This document shows positions 17,431 through 26,006 of a stretch of DNA of 53,722 nucleotides, one piece after another (position 1 is the first letter of the stretch; each line of letters starts with the position of its first letter). The stretch is taken from IMG/VR virus record IMGVR_UViG_3300020227_000034, positions 1 through 53,722 of that record; one strand, 5' to 3'. The notes below the pieces were generated by a model. The model saw nothing but the letters and a program-made list of their open reading frames with translations. It did no database searches and had not been told where the DNA came from. This DNA is from a virus. The position numbers were made by a program, and so were the translations under genes.

Positions 17431-18417
17431 TTATGAAGCATTAGGCACGTATACATCTTGGTACCATTTTTCTAGTCTTCTATTTGAGTTTGGATTGTTA
17501 ACCCATGCAATAGCCTCGTCGGTTGCGGATGATAGGGATTTCACCTGCGGGAGCTGTGAGCACAAACAATTCGGGTGTGGTGTCATTGGCTCGCTACCAG
17601 CAGGGTGAAAACCTTCTAAGTCGTCACATATATCCTTAACTTGGTGTCTGCTAGATAATCTCCAGATTATACCTTCATAAAATGGATTGTTATTTCCGGA
17701 TGAATAAGTAGATTCAGCGAAGGCACTAGATAGTTCTGTCCTAGCTAATCGAAGAGCATTGTACTTAACATCTTTTGGAACGGTACCACCTAAACGCTTA
17801 TACAGGTCTTTGGATTCCCCGACTGTTAAGGCATCAGCCCCATCTGCTAAATATTTTTCTAATGTAATAGCCATTTCCCTGGCATCTACATCTCCCTTGA
17901 CAATCGCACGCTGTACTATGCCTAGGGATTTCTGCGTGTTAGTCCAAACTCTTTGTGACAGAGTTAACCCGTTACGTTTTCTAGTATAAATAGCCCTCAC
18001 AGTATCCGCTGAAACTGCTTGATAGGCTGCAGTGAGTCCAGAACTAGTAACGGCATCTATCCCAGCCTCTGTGAATATTTTGTCTAGCATATCCTTTTGA
18101 GCCATGATAGCTATACGCGCCGTATTTTCGATATTACGCCTAAGCAATGCTGTGTATTCTTGTTGTAAATTAGAACGGATAGAACGCATGATGTCTCTAA
18201 TCCGCTCTTTATTTAAACCAGATGCTTGACGTAATTCTTTAGCAAGTTCCTTTGCGACTTCTTCATACAGTTTGATAATGTCCAATTCAGAACGCAGCCT
18301 CAAATCGATGTAATCGCGCCTTGCTTTAACAAAGATACTAGCATATTCTGGAGGCATATTATCTTTAACTACACTAAGACTAGCTTTGGCTAATTTCCTC
18401 GTAAACTCGTTTGGCAT
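17431..18417 (-). CDS. Minor head protein (SPP1 gp7 / Mu F-like head morphogenesis protein)
   Basis: 328 aa. C-terminal NPFYEGIIWRLSSRHQVKDICDDLEG...HPNCLCSQLP matches the gp7/Mu-F family signature region. Confidence 0.8.
   Translation of the reverse strand: MPNEFTRKLAKASLSVVKDNMPPEYASIFVKARRDYIDLRLRSELDIIKLYEEVAKELAKELRQASGLNKERIRDIMRSIRSNLQQEYTALLRRNIENTARIAIMAQKDMLDKIFTEAGIDAVTSSGLTAAYQAVSADTVRAIYTRKRNGLTLSQRVWTNTQKSLGIVQRAIVKGDVDAREMAITLEKYLADGADALTVGESKDLYKRLGGTVPKDVKYNALRLARTELSSAFAESTYSSGNNNPFYEGIIWRLSSRHQVKDICDDLEGFHPAGSEPMTPHPNCLCSQLPQVKSLSSATDEAIAWVNNPNSNRRLEKWYQDVYVPNAS
17540..17551 (+). repeat. Oriented 12-mer, copy 5
   Basis: ttcacctgcggg. Confidence 0.8.
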
Positions 18418-19156
18418 CTAAGTCACCTCTTTTAATTAATGCCTGTATACTTACAGGGAATGCTTGTTCTGCTAAGGAGTTAACAGCTTGTGCGTACTCT
18501 TGAATCTCTACTTGTGCATCGTGTGCTAGTCTTTGGGTTAAGAAATGGCTAACACCTTGTAAGGAAGCACTCCACACCCACCGGACATATAATCCATAAG
18601 CTGGTAAGAATAGTCTAGCTTGTTCTGCACAGATTCCTTGTTTCATAGCTTGCTCATATAATTCAGTGCCTCTATATTGCTGCTCTACTAGTGCCGATGT
18701 AAATGCGCTTCCAATAGATGTAGGTACTGGTTGACCTGAACCTTGTTTCTTATTATCAGGCATTGCTCTCCATTGGTCACCATGTGGTAAATAATATTGT
18801 ACATCCTCTGTGACATACCTGCGAGATGATTCGTTCCAAGCTGTAAATGGGTCCTGAAAGTTATGTCGAGGGTCTTCACTGCCTATTTCTGTATGACCAG
18901 AACCTATAATATACTTCCACCATTGCCTAGCTACAAATAAAGGTGCATATACTTCAAAGGTCATAAATGCGTGTCTGAACGGTGAAGTATGTCCATGCTT
19001 AGCTAAGAACTTAGTAAGCTTCACATCTCGTAATTCCATTAACTCAGATTCAGAGTCATAAGAAACACGTGCAGCATTAACTGTAGAAAGGTCAGCACCT
19101 GTAAAATCTTTTATTCTTACATATCCATGGTCTAGTACATCTTTTCTTAAATCCAT
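18380..19156 (-). CDS. thyX: Flavin-dependent thymidylate synthase ThyX (divergent)
   Basis: HGHTSPFRHAFMTFEVYAPLFVARQWWKY and NESSRRYV resemble ThyX core motifs. I prefer the start at 19156 (MDLRKDV...) with RBS GAGGAGG over the track start at 19198. Confidence 0.75.
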   Translation of the reverse strand: MDLRKDVLDHGYVRIKDFTGADLSTVNAARVSYDSESELMELRDVKLTKFLAKHGHTSPFRHAFMTFEVYAPLFVARQWWKYIIGSGHTEIGSEDPRHNFQDPFTAWNESSRRYVTEDVQYYLPHGDQWRAMPDNKKQGSGQPVPTSIGSAFTSALVEQQYRGTELYEQAMKQGICAEQARLFLPAYGLYVRWVWSASLQGVSHFLTQRLAHDAQVEIQEYAQAVNSLAEQAFPVSIQALIKRGDLDAKRVYEEISQS

Positions 19157-19309
19157 ATTAGTCCTCCTCATTAATAATACCCGAAACACGTTTCCCATCC
19201 ACCAATGATAAAATAACCAGCTTTAATGTTTGCATTATTTAACCCACTCCTCATAATATTATACTATAATGGAAAGGGAAATGAACCCTGTCCTTTATCT
19301 TATATTATA

Positions 19310-19338
19310 ATTATAACCGATTTAGCCTCAAGAGTCAA
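19310..19338 (-). promoter_or_regulatory. Promoter TTGACT-N17-TATAAT upstream of thyX
   Basis: Minus strand reads aagggTTGACTcttgaggctaaatcggtTATAAT. Located after terminator 19360..19385. Confidence 0.7.
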
Positions 19339-19359
19339 CCCTTAAAGGACGATTTATGT

Positions 19360-19385
19360 AAAATAAAAGACCTCCGAAGAGGTCT
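19360..19385 (-). terminator. Intrinsic terminator after 19394..19903
   Basis: Minus RNA: AGACCUC-uucg-GAGGUCU, then UUUAUUUU. Confidence 0.85.
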
Positions 19386-19393
19386 AATATTTA

Positions 19394-19903
19394 TTAGTTA
19401 GCATCGCGGTTGACATATGTGTTAGCAAATGCTACATATGAACTAATAGGGTCATTAGCAATCAGCTTTACACCTTGAATGTCATAATCCGGCACTACAT
19501 CTACACGTGCGAATCCACCGTTAGTAACAACTACGATTGGTGTAGTGAAGTTCGGGATAGTTAGCCTATCATCTAAGATAGCAATTACTTCACCTGCGGA
19601 AGCTGAGCCGCGTAAAGTACCTTGTAGAGTTACTCGGTTGTCGTCGCTGACCTTAACTTCTAAGTCACCGAAGCTCCCGCCATAATTAGCAAAGCCATTC
19701 ATTAGTTGCGGGTGAATAAACGGTGAATTCAATCGGACATAACGTGTTTGCCATTTATCACCGAATGAGATTCCTTGCTCATCAGCATATAGATGTCCTT
19801 CTAACACAGTAGTCTCTGTACTACGTTTCTCAATCATAATACGGTCTGCTTCATAATTAGCTGTGTACTTATGGTTACCTACAATCTTAGTTTCTGTTGA
19901 CAT
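19394..19903 (-). CDS. Hypothetical protein
   Basis: 169 aa with RBS AAGGAGAG. Followed by strong terminator 19360..19385. Confidence 0.6.
   Translation of the reverse strand: MSTETKIVGNHKYTANYEADRIMIEKRSTETTVLEGHLYADEQGISFGDKWQTRYVRLNSPFIHPQLMNGFANYGGSFGDLEVKVSDDNRVTLQGTLRGSASAGEVIAILDDRLTIPNFTTPIVVVTNGGFARVDVVPDYDIQGVKLIANDPISSYVAFANTYVNRDAN
19589..19600 (+). repeat. Oriented 12-mer, copy 6
   Basis: ttcacctgcgga. Confidence 0.8.
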
Positions 19904-19929
19904 TCAAATCTCTCCTTTATTATATTAGT

Positions 19930-20292
19930 TTAGAAGTTTGTCCATACAGGTGATTCAATACGACGGTAGTTCTGTGAAGTCCAAGAATGAAGTACAACTT
20001 TTTGTTGTCCCCATTGACCTACGTTAGTAAAGGTACGATGAGATGAGCTATCTGCGTGACAATAACCTTCGCGAGTACCAATTGTTACCCAGCGGAAACG
20101 GCCATTGCTATCAGCCTCGTAACGTTGTAGTTCCATCTTCCAGTCAATACCAAAACCACCACCGCCAGGCGCATAAGACTCATTACAATGTACAGATACA
20201 GGTACATTAGAACCTGCATTATCATTTACCGCCATAGAATAATTTGCATAACCAAATGTTGGTGTATATTGCGTCCAGTTAACATATTTCAT
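19930..20292 (-). CDS. Hypothetical protein, paralog of the secreted protein at 28914..29372
   Basis: ATG at 20292 with RBS GAAGGAG (the track start at 20298 is a TTG). Shares DW..(L/I)Q(R/K)YE...GY...S(S/P)SHRTF with the 152-aa ORF. Confidence 0.6.
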   Translation of the reverse strand: MKYVNWTQYTPTFGYANYSMAVNDNAGSNVPVSVHCNESYAPGGGGFGIDWKMELQRYEADSNGRFRWVTIGTREGYCHADSSSHRTFTNVGQWGQQKVVLHSWTSQNYRRIESPVWTNF

Positions 20293-20401
20293 AATCAAAT
20301 TTCTCCTTCGTATTAATTAGTGTTGTTGTTTCTATTTTTTCTTCTTGCCGTACTTACGTTTGCGCGCCAAGTAACCCCTTTTACCATTCTCAGCGGCCTT
20401 A

Positions 20402-21952
20402 CTATTCTTCGCCACTGGTACCACCTTCTTCAAGGTTACTTAGATTGTTCATCTCCTCTTGTAAGGTTTTCAATTCTTCTAGGTCCATTGCCATGTTGTT
20501 CTGACCTACACGTTCTAGGAATTCGATGCCTGATAGAATCTTCTCTTCCTCAGAGCCTTCACCCTTAAACATGGACATATTCGGGATATACTCCTGCAGG
20601 AAGTCTACGGCTGTCTCGACGGAGATTAGACGTTTCTCAACTCCAGTAGTTAATGCTGTCATATAGCTCAAGAATGTCTGCGCTTCTGTTTGGATGTCTT
20701 TAGGGTTGATATCTTCCCATCCAAGTGTAGTGTTATAAGTTGTAAATGTGAATTGTTCTTCACCTATTTGTGCTTTCTCATACATAGCTAGTATCATTCG
20801 TGCCAGTAATTTATAATTCTCTTCTAGTTGCTCTCGCTTCCGTTCTACCTTCTTAACTAGTGGTGTCATCTGCTCTTTCACACTAGCCATGGAAGACTGT
20901 ACGGCTGTACCGAATGCGAACTCTGGTGTCTGGGTGACATCTACAATACAAAAGAATAGGAACTTCAACAGTACCGAAGAGCTCGCCATAGTATCGTCCG
21001 CCTGCAGGAGCTCTACTTCGTCATCGTTATGGGGCTGGACGATAACTTCCTGGCCATCTAAATTAATAGTAGGCTTTTCACCAGGCCTCAAATTCTCGAC
21101 ATCAATACCAAAGTTTAACTTCATGAATTGACTGACATCATTTAACTTGAGCTTTAGCTTTGGTGACGAGTGCATCTTGTTATTCTGTAACGAGTGCATC
21201 ATAACGTCATGGTATGCCTTTAAAAATGGTTCAGCTGATTCTAAATCGGACCTACCAAATAACTCGTCTTCCTCGGACTCATTCTTCCAATGTATTATGG
21301 GCACAAATCCCCACTTGTTAGTCTCTTCTTGTGGTCTCTCGGAAGTTATATTCTTTAGCTCTCTAGGAACGTCATTACCTTCATACCATTTAATGATAGA
21401 ATCTTCGCGGATTTGTTCTATGATGTCGTAGGACTTCTCACGATTGTCATCCTCGTAAGTTACATTAGTCCTAATCTCATAACCATCCACATCGCCTGTC
21501 TCTGGGTCTATTAATGGATCCACACCTTGTGGTGGTAATATCTTTAGTTTGATTCTTGGCCTCTCCGATTTATACAAGGCTTTATTTTTTATCTCTTCGC
21601 GGTAGACTCTTAGGTAGCAATCTCCATCCCGAAAAGTATTTCGACTAGCCTTCTGTAATTGCGATACGAATTTCTCTTGGTGCTCTGTTAGTACCTCTTG
21701 AGCTGTTTCATCTTCTGAAATCCAATTAGGTGTACCAACAAATCCTGTGGTCGTATCGATTATTGGTTTAGCAAAGCCAGCGCCCAGTTTGTACTTACCT
21801 ACTGTGTTATGGTAAAGACCTCTAGTAAGCTTATAGTCTACCTTAGATGTGTCCAATGTGTAGCTTTGTGAGTATTTACCACCGCGAGTTAAGGAACTAA
21901 ACTTATTTCTAAGCTTTGACATTTCGCCGGCTATCGTAGTCCATATTTTCAT
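20402..21952 (-). CDS. Portal protein (SPP1 gp6-like position)
   Basis: 516 aa, between the terminase and the gp7-like minor head protein. Acidic C-terminus. RBS GGAGG. Confidence 0.8.
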   Translation of the reverse strand: MKIWTTIAGEMSKLRNKFSSLTRGGKYSQSYTLDTSKVDYKLTRGLYHNTVGKYKLGAGFAKPIIDTTTGFVGTPNWISEDETAQEVLTEHQEKFVSQLQKASRNTFRDGDCYLRVYREEIKNKALYKSERPRIKLKILPPQGVDPLIDPETGDVDGYEIRTNVTYEDDNREKSYDIIEQIREDSIIKWYEGNDVPRELKNITSERPQEETNKWGFVPIIHWKNESEEDELFGRSDLESAEPFLKAYHDVMMHSLQNNKMHSSPKLKLKLNDVSQFMKLNFGIDVENLRPGEKPTINLDGQEVIVQPHNDDEVELLQADDTMASSSVLLKFLFFCIVDVTQTPEFAFGTAVQSSMASVKEQMTPLVKKVERKREQLEENYKLLARMILAMYEKAQIGEEQFTFTTYNTTLGWEDINPKDIQTEAQTFLSYMTALTTGVEKRLISVETAVDFLQEYIPNMSMFKGEGSEEEKILSGIEFLERVGQNNMAMDLEELKTLQEEMNNLSNLEEGGTSGEE

Positions 21953-21967
21953 ATTACTACCTCCTTC

Positions 21968-22168
21968 CTACCTTAAATGTTCTGGTACATCTTCTTCCGG
22001 GTAGATTGCATTAACAGGACATACTGCTTCGCATGCCCCACAATCTATGCAAATATCAGGGTCAATATGGAACATATCTTTACCTTCTGAGATACAATCT
22101 ACCGGACATACTTCGACACACTCTCCGGCCTTCTCCCCAGCGCAAGGTGATGTGATTACAAATGCCAT
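21968..22168 (-). CDS. 2x[4Fe-4S] ferredoxin
   Basis: 66 aa with two CxxCxxCxxxCP-type clusters (C..C..CVEVCP and CIDCGACEAVCP). RBS GAGAGGAG. Confidence 0.85.
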   Translation of the reverse strand: MAFVITSPCAGEKAGECVEVCPVDCISEGKDMFHIDPDICIDCGACEAVCPVNAIYPEEDVPEHLR

Positions 22169-22198
22169 GTCCGTACACTCCTCTCTATTTATATTATA

Positions 22199-23770
22199 CT
22201 ATAAAATGATGTTCCGTAACAAGTCTGCTTCTTTATCTGTCATTTGTTTTTGTGGTGCATTACCTATTAGCCTGGTCATTAACTCTACCGAGTCTAAAAC
22301 GTCATCATGTTGTACATCCGGGAAGTGAATATATTCGTCAATAAGATTCTCTTCGGATGGATGAATCCATATACGACCTGTTTCAAAGTGCGCACCTAAT
22401 GCTTCAATACGTGCTTCCTTAGCACCAGACCCTCTAGTTGTTTTTATCTCCTGTATAGGTATCATCTCGTCCATCGCCCATGCTGCTTGAGATAGTGCCT
22501 TTTGGTATGCTACCGACTCAATGCCAACCTTAACTGGTCTATATCTTTCGTAGAACGCTTTGATTTGTTTCAGTTGTTCTATTAGTGTTAGCCTAGCTTT
22601 GTAAGTCTCCAAGATAAACAAACGCTTACTTTGGGCATGCCATCCGGCTACACAGAATGCACAATAGTCGGGGTCGTTGTTTTCCATCTTCTCTAGGAAG
22701 TCCTTATCTACGATAGCCGGGTCAATAGTTACATAAATAGACATATGCTCATACCTAGGAAGCTGTACTGGATATGGACTATCTTTGCCTCTACCATAAT
22801 AGTTGAGCCATTCAGGTTTCAGTAGCTTACCGGTATTAGCGGTCCTATCATTCTGGAATAACTTCATGAACTTAGTAGTACCTACCGACCGTTTCTTTTT
22901 CATTAAACGTTCATATGGCCATCTCTTAGAAAGAGTTACTTTAGTGTCCTCGTCAACTGCTTTGATATGGACATAATGGAACTCTTCCGATTCTGATAGC
23001 TGGCAGTATAAGTCTAACCTAGACTGTAATGTACCTACCATCATTACCTTACCACCTTTTACTACACGAGATAAGGCCATCTCTGTAAACCAAGAATGTA
23101 CACCTTCTCTAGTGACCTCTGCTTGCGAGTTACTTAGGTCTAGAATATCATCGCATATGAGCACGTCTAGTCGGGCACCGTTGATAGCACCGCCTACCCC
23201 TAAGAATTGGAATGTTGGGTCTTTGGTTTGTCTATCTTCATCGCGTACTACATACCCCTCAGACTGTGTCCATTTCTCTCTAGTATCCGGTTGGAGGTAA
23301 TCTCCGAAGTCTTCCCGTAGTTTATAGTTATGCTCTATATGCCACATGAGTCTCCTGCCGAAGCGTTCAGCCTGTCGAGCCGTTCGAGAGAATATGGCCA
23401 TGCGAAGGTTCCTGTCGTTTATGAGGAGCCATAAGGGCATCACCTCAGATACATAGGTAGACTTAGCATGCTCAATTGGTATATGCACTACTGTTTGGTC
23501 ATTCTCCAATAGCGCTTGTAATAATAGGTACATATAATCTTCGGCATCTGTATTCCATTGCTTGTTAAAAGGTCTTAGGTAATACTCCGCGAATAACATG
23601 GGATTAGCCCTAACCAACCGTATGCGTTCATCTTTAGGCATATCAACTAGCTTATCTCTAAAGAACTCACCACTCGGTTTAAATATTAATTTGGGGACCT
23701 TCAGATATTTAGTGAGTGCGTCTTGGACTAACTGATTATCAGTGCTTTGGCTTGCTATTTGAATACTCAT
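22199..23770 (-). CDS. terL: Terminase large subunit
   Basis: 523 aa. ATPase-like N-terminal half (VLICDDILD Walker B-like) and a nuclease-like C-terminal half. Overlaps the terS 3' end and lies upstream of the portal gene. Confidence 0.85.
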   Translation of the reverse strand: MSIQIASQSTDNQLVQDALTKYLKVPKLIFKPSGEFFRDKLVDMPKDERIRLVRANPMLFAEYYLRPFNKQWNTDAEDYMYLLLQALLENDQTVVHIPIEHAKSTYVSEVMPLWLLINDRNLRMAIFSRTARQAERFGRRLMWHIEHNYKLREDFGDYLQPDTREKWTQSEGYVVRDEDRQTKDPTFQFLGVGGAINGARLDVLICDDILDLSNSQAEVTREGVHSWFTEMALSRVVKGGKVMMVGTLQSRLDLYCQLSESEEFHYVHIKAVDEDTKVTLSKRWPYERLMKKKRSVGTTKFMKLFQNDRTANTGKLLKPEWLNYYGRGKDSPYPVQLPRYEHMSIYVTIDPAIVDKDFLEKMENNDPDYCAFCVAGWHAQSKRLFILETYKARLTLIEQLKQIKAFYERYRPVKVGIESVAYQKALSQAAWAMDEMIPIQEIKTTRGSGAKEARIEALGAHFETGRIWIHPSEENLIDEYIHFPDVQHDDVLDSVELMTRLIGNAPQKQMTDKEADLLRNIIL

Positions 23771-24440
23771 TCAATGCCTCGTTTACTTTATTTATAGCTT
23801 CTAGAGCTATAGTGGATACGGATTCAGCAGTGCCATCCCCAACATTTTCGAGTGTGTGTTTATGCTCTACTTCGGTCTTACCATCGACGCTTGTTGCTTG
23901 TATTACTGTCGGTTTATCTTCTAATAGCTGGGCAATCTTAACTATTTTATCCAGTCCGTCCATTGCATCTTTAAAGCTGATTCGATGCCTATTATCAGGA
24001 CTGATATATAGCTTGATGTTTTCAATCATCTGTGGGATGATATCGCCCCATAATTCATTAACAGCGGTAATCTGTGATGCCTTGACAGTCTCTTGTAACG
24101 TTTCGATTGCTAGCTCTACGTTAGTTAGGTTTCGTTCATGTAGCAACTTGTCCTTACGCATCTCTAGCTGGGCTGCTTCTGACACATCGTTTGCTTGGTC
24201 CTCCCAGTCGATTTCTGTGATAAACGGTAACATCTTTTTGTGTTTAGATAGTTGGGCTGGGGTGATATTTAAGCCTTTTTTGCCAGCCCAATCGATGATT
24301 TCCTTGTAGGTTCTTTCTTCTGCAATCATACGGTTTATGTGCTCTGCGTAGCCACTATTGCATATTTTCGACCGTAATACGTACTGTTTTACTTTAGATT
24401 CGTCCTTTTTTATGGCCCTTTCTAACCCTTTTACATCCAT
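23739..24440 (-). CDS. terS: Terminase small subunit (putative)
   Basis: Immediately upstream of, and overlapping, terL. Start chosen at 24440 (MDVKGLER...) with RBS GGGAGGAGG. The N-terminal region is HTH-like. Confidence 0.6.
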   Translation of the reverse strand: MDVKGLERAIKKDESKVKQYVLRSKICNSGYAEHINRMIAEERTYKEIIDWAGKKGLNITPAQLSKHKKMLPFITEIDWEDQANDVSEAAQLEMRKDKLLHERNLTNVELAIETLQETVKASQITAVNELWGDIIPQMIENIKLYISPDNRHRISFKDAMDGLDKIVKIAQLLEDKPTVIQATSVDGKTEVEHKHTLENVGDGTAESVSTIALEAINKVNEALNEYSNSKPKH

Positions 24441-24569
24441 TAATACTCCTCCTCCCAGTCCTTCCGGAACTGTTCTTATACTTAGTATACCATACTTTAC
24501 GTCCGAAATCACTTGCAGAGTATAAGGCGCGATTGTGTTTTGTATAAGAGACTAGCGCTCCGCCGCCCC

Positions 24570-24938
24570 TTAGCCGAGCACGACGGTCGCATTATTATGT
24601 GCGTATTTAGTTGCTCCCTTATATGTCTTGTAAGTCTTAACGAAGTCGCCTTCAATGTCAATTGTTACCTCTCCGTACTTAACTGATACCCCGTGATAGT
24701 AAACATCGTATTCGTCCTCTTCGTCAGCTATTTCAATATATGTAATATCCGCGTTATCGATTGCACTTTCTAGCTCTTCGTTGTACTCGTTATATAGTAT
24801 TTCAACCTTACCTGCTAATTCAATTAGTGTAGCTCTTTCGATTACTTCTTGACGACGCGTACCCTCATCAACCCATTCCACTGTAAAGAATACGTCCTCT
24901 TCGATTTCTTCTACTTTGATAATTTCGATTGTTTTCAT
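24570..24938 (-). CDS. Highly acidic hypothetical protein
   Basis: 122 aa, roughly a quarter Asp/Glu. RBS AAAGGGGAAAA. Confidence 0.6.
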   Translation of the reverse strand: MKTIEIIKVEEIEEDVFFTVEWVDEGTRRQEVIERATLIELAGKVEILYNEYNEELESAIDNADITYIEIADEEDEYDVYYHGVSVKYGEVTIDIEGDFVKTYKTYKGATKYAHNNATVVLG

Positions 24939-24963
24939 TTTATTTTCCCCTTTCTTTATCTTA

Positions 24964-24992
24964 TATATAAATTATAATATAGTCTGACTCAA
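24964..24992 (-). promoter_or_regulatory. Weaker promoter candidate TTGAGT-N17-TATATA
   Basis: Minus strand reads ggccttTTGAGTcagactatattataattTATATA. Located after terminator 25024..25059. Confidence 0.4.
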
Positions 24993-25023
24993 AAGGCCAC
25001 CCGTATAGCAAAACTTTTTGACC

Positions 25024-25059
25024 GAAAATAAAATAAGTAGGAGGTGCGAGTTCCTACTT
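25024..25059 (-). terminator. Intrinsic terminator after 25061..25321
   Basis: Minus RNA: AAGUAGGA-acucgcacc-UCCUACUU, then AUUUUAUUUU. Confidence 0.75.
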
Positions 25060-25060
25060 A

Positions 25061-25321
25061 TTACTTGAATCTGGACTGCAGTTCTGCTAGCCTGTTATTT
25101 TCTTCTATTAGTTCATATTCGGCTTGATGTAATTTATCGTACCTAGCTATGATACGGTCTATGTTCTTTAAATGTTCGATAATATGTTTGCGCTCTAATC
25201 GATTCCTGGATGCCTTTAAGTTTTCGTATACCCTAGCTTTTTCAAACATCCATTCTGATTTAGACCTTATTCGGCTCTCTTCCATGTACTCTAGATAATT
25301 CCTGCTCATCGTTGCTACCAT
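25061..25321 (-). CDS. Hypothetical protein
   Basis: 86 aa, helical and charged. Downstream of promoter 25369..25397. Followed by terminator 25024..25059. Confidence 0.6.
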   Translation of the reverse strand: MVATMSRNYLEYMEESRIRSKSEWMFEKARVYENLKASRNRLERKHIIEHLKNIDRIIARYDKLHQAEYELIEENNRLAELQSRFK

Positions 25322-25368
25322 TATTTGAATCTCTCCTTTTGTGTTTATCTCGTACCTCCTATAATTAT

Positions 25369-25397
25369 ATTATACTAGAGTTTGCCTTTAAAGTCAA
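25369..25397 (-). promoter_or_regulatory. Promoter TTGACT-N17-TATAAT
   Basis: Minus strand reads ttaggTTGACTttaaaggcaaactctagTATAAT. Confidence 0.7.
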
Positions 25398-25510
25398 CCT
25401 AAATTTGTGAGATTTTGGACCGAAAAATTTTTTCAGATTTTTATTTTTAGTGTAGCGGAATTTTCGGAATATTCATAATTATCTGCTCACGTTTTCTCTG
25501 AAAAAATATG

Positions 25511-25612
25511 CGTATATATATAAAAAACATTCATGTTTATTAACCAGAAAGAAAGTCCTAAAAAAGTGAATTTAAGTAACCAAAAAATTCACTTTTTCTA
25601 TGGTTTGGTTAT
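25511..25612. repeat. Left arm of an imperfect about 100-nt inverted repeat
   Basis: cgtatatatataaaaaacattcatgtttattaaccagaaaga...aaaaaagtgaattt...attcact... aligns with the reverse complement of 25841..25942. By eye, about 80 percent of positions match. Confidence 0.7.
25560..25597. promoter_or_regulatory. Palindromic pair of AAAAGTGAAT boxes (candidate operator / iteron)
   Basis: AAAAAAGTGAATTTaagtaaccaAAAAATTCACTTTTT. Confidence 0.6.
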
Positions 25613-25658
25613 GCGAAATCAACATTAATTTAAAAGTTTCTTTTTCGCAAAAAATAAA

Positions 25659-25673
25659 GCAAAAGTGAATCTG
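25659..25673 (+). promoter_or_regulatory. Single AAAAGTGAAT box
   Basis: gcAAAAGTGAATctg. Confidence 0.45.
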
Positions 25674-25695
25674 ATATATATATATATAAATATAT
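25674..25695. repeat. (TA)n-rich tract (candidate DNA unwinding element)
   Basis: atatatatatatatataaatatat, read directly. Confidence 0.8.
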
Positions 25696-25727
25696 CAAAA
25701 TAAAAAGAAGAAGACTTCCCCAACTAT

Positions 25728-25756
25728 ATTATACTATATTTTACTTCTCAAGTCAC
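25728..25756 (-). promoter_or_regulatory. Promoter-like GTGACT-N17-TATAAT in the centre of the inverted-repeat region, with no ORF downstream
   Basis: Minus strand reads ccaGTGACTtgagaagtaaaatatagTATAATatagttGGGGAAG. Confidence 0.45.
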
Positions 25757-25826
25757 TGGGTCCTGGAATACACCCTTAAGGCCCGGGGGCGGGGAGGTCT
25801 CCTCGCGGCATCTAGCCGTCGTCGTA
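25757..25826. other. GC-rich island in an otherwise AT-rich non-coding region
   Basis: tgggtcctggaatacacccttaaggcccgggggcggggaggtctcctcgcggcatctagccgtcgtcgtac. It contains the hairpin GCGGGGA-ggtc-TCCTCGC and the palindromes CCTTAAGG and CCCGGG. Confidence 0.7.
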
Positions 25827-25840
25827 CAGTATTTTTCTAT

Positions 25841-25942
25841 TAACAAAACCATTAAATTAGTGAATTATTTGCTACAGAAAATTCACTTTTTTGCGAAATC
25901 TTTCTAGTTAATAAACTTGAATGTTTTTTATATATGTATACG
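25841..25942. repeat. Right arm of the inverted repeat
   Basis: The reverse complement reads cgtatacatatataaaaaacattcaagtttattaactagaaaga...aaaaaagtgaattt...attcact... Confidence 0.7.
25857..25892. promoter_or_regulatory. Inverted pair of AGTGAAT boxes
   Basis: tTAGTGAATtatttgctacagAAAATTCACTTTTTT. Confidence 0.55.
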
Positions 25943-25945
25943 TAT

Positions 25946-25978
25946 TTTTAAAATAAAAACAGCGATTTTACTCGCTGT
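25946..25978 (-). terminator. Intrinsic terminator after 26059..26793
   Basis: Minus RNA: ACAGCGA-guaaaa-UCGCUGU, then UUUUUAUUUU. Confidence 0.8.
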
Positions 25979-25994
25979 CTGACTTTTTGGGTTT

Positions 25995-26006
25995 ATCACC
26001 TGCGGA
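25995..26006 (+). repeat. Oriented 12-mer, copy 7 (intergenic)
   Basis: atcacctgcgga. Confidence 0.8.

Noticed and set aside
25674-25695. The (TA)n tract, considered as a microsatellite or assembly artefact of independent interest.
   Set aside because: It is simple low-complexity sequence. It is interpreted only as a possible unwinding element within the larger inverted-repeat region.
25757-25826. GC-rich island considered as a tRNA, a CRISPR repeat or a known self-cleaving ribozyme.
   Set aside because: I could not fold a cloverleaf, and no T-loop GTTCRANYC is present. There is no repeat-spacer periodicity and no hammerhead CUGAUGA/GAAA core. The resemblance to the HDV-like CCUCCUCGC segment is too short to support a call.
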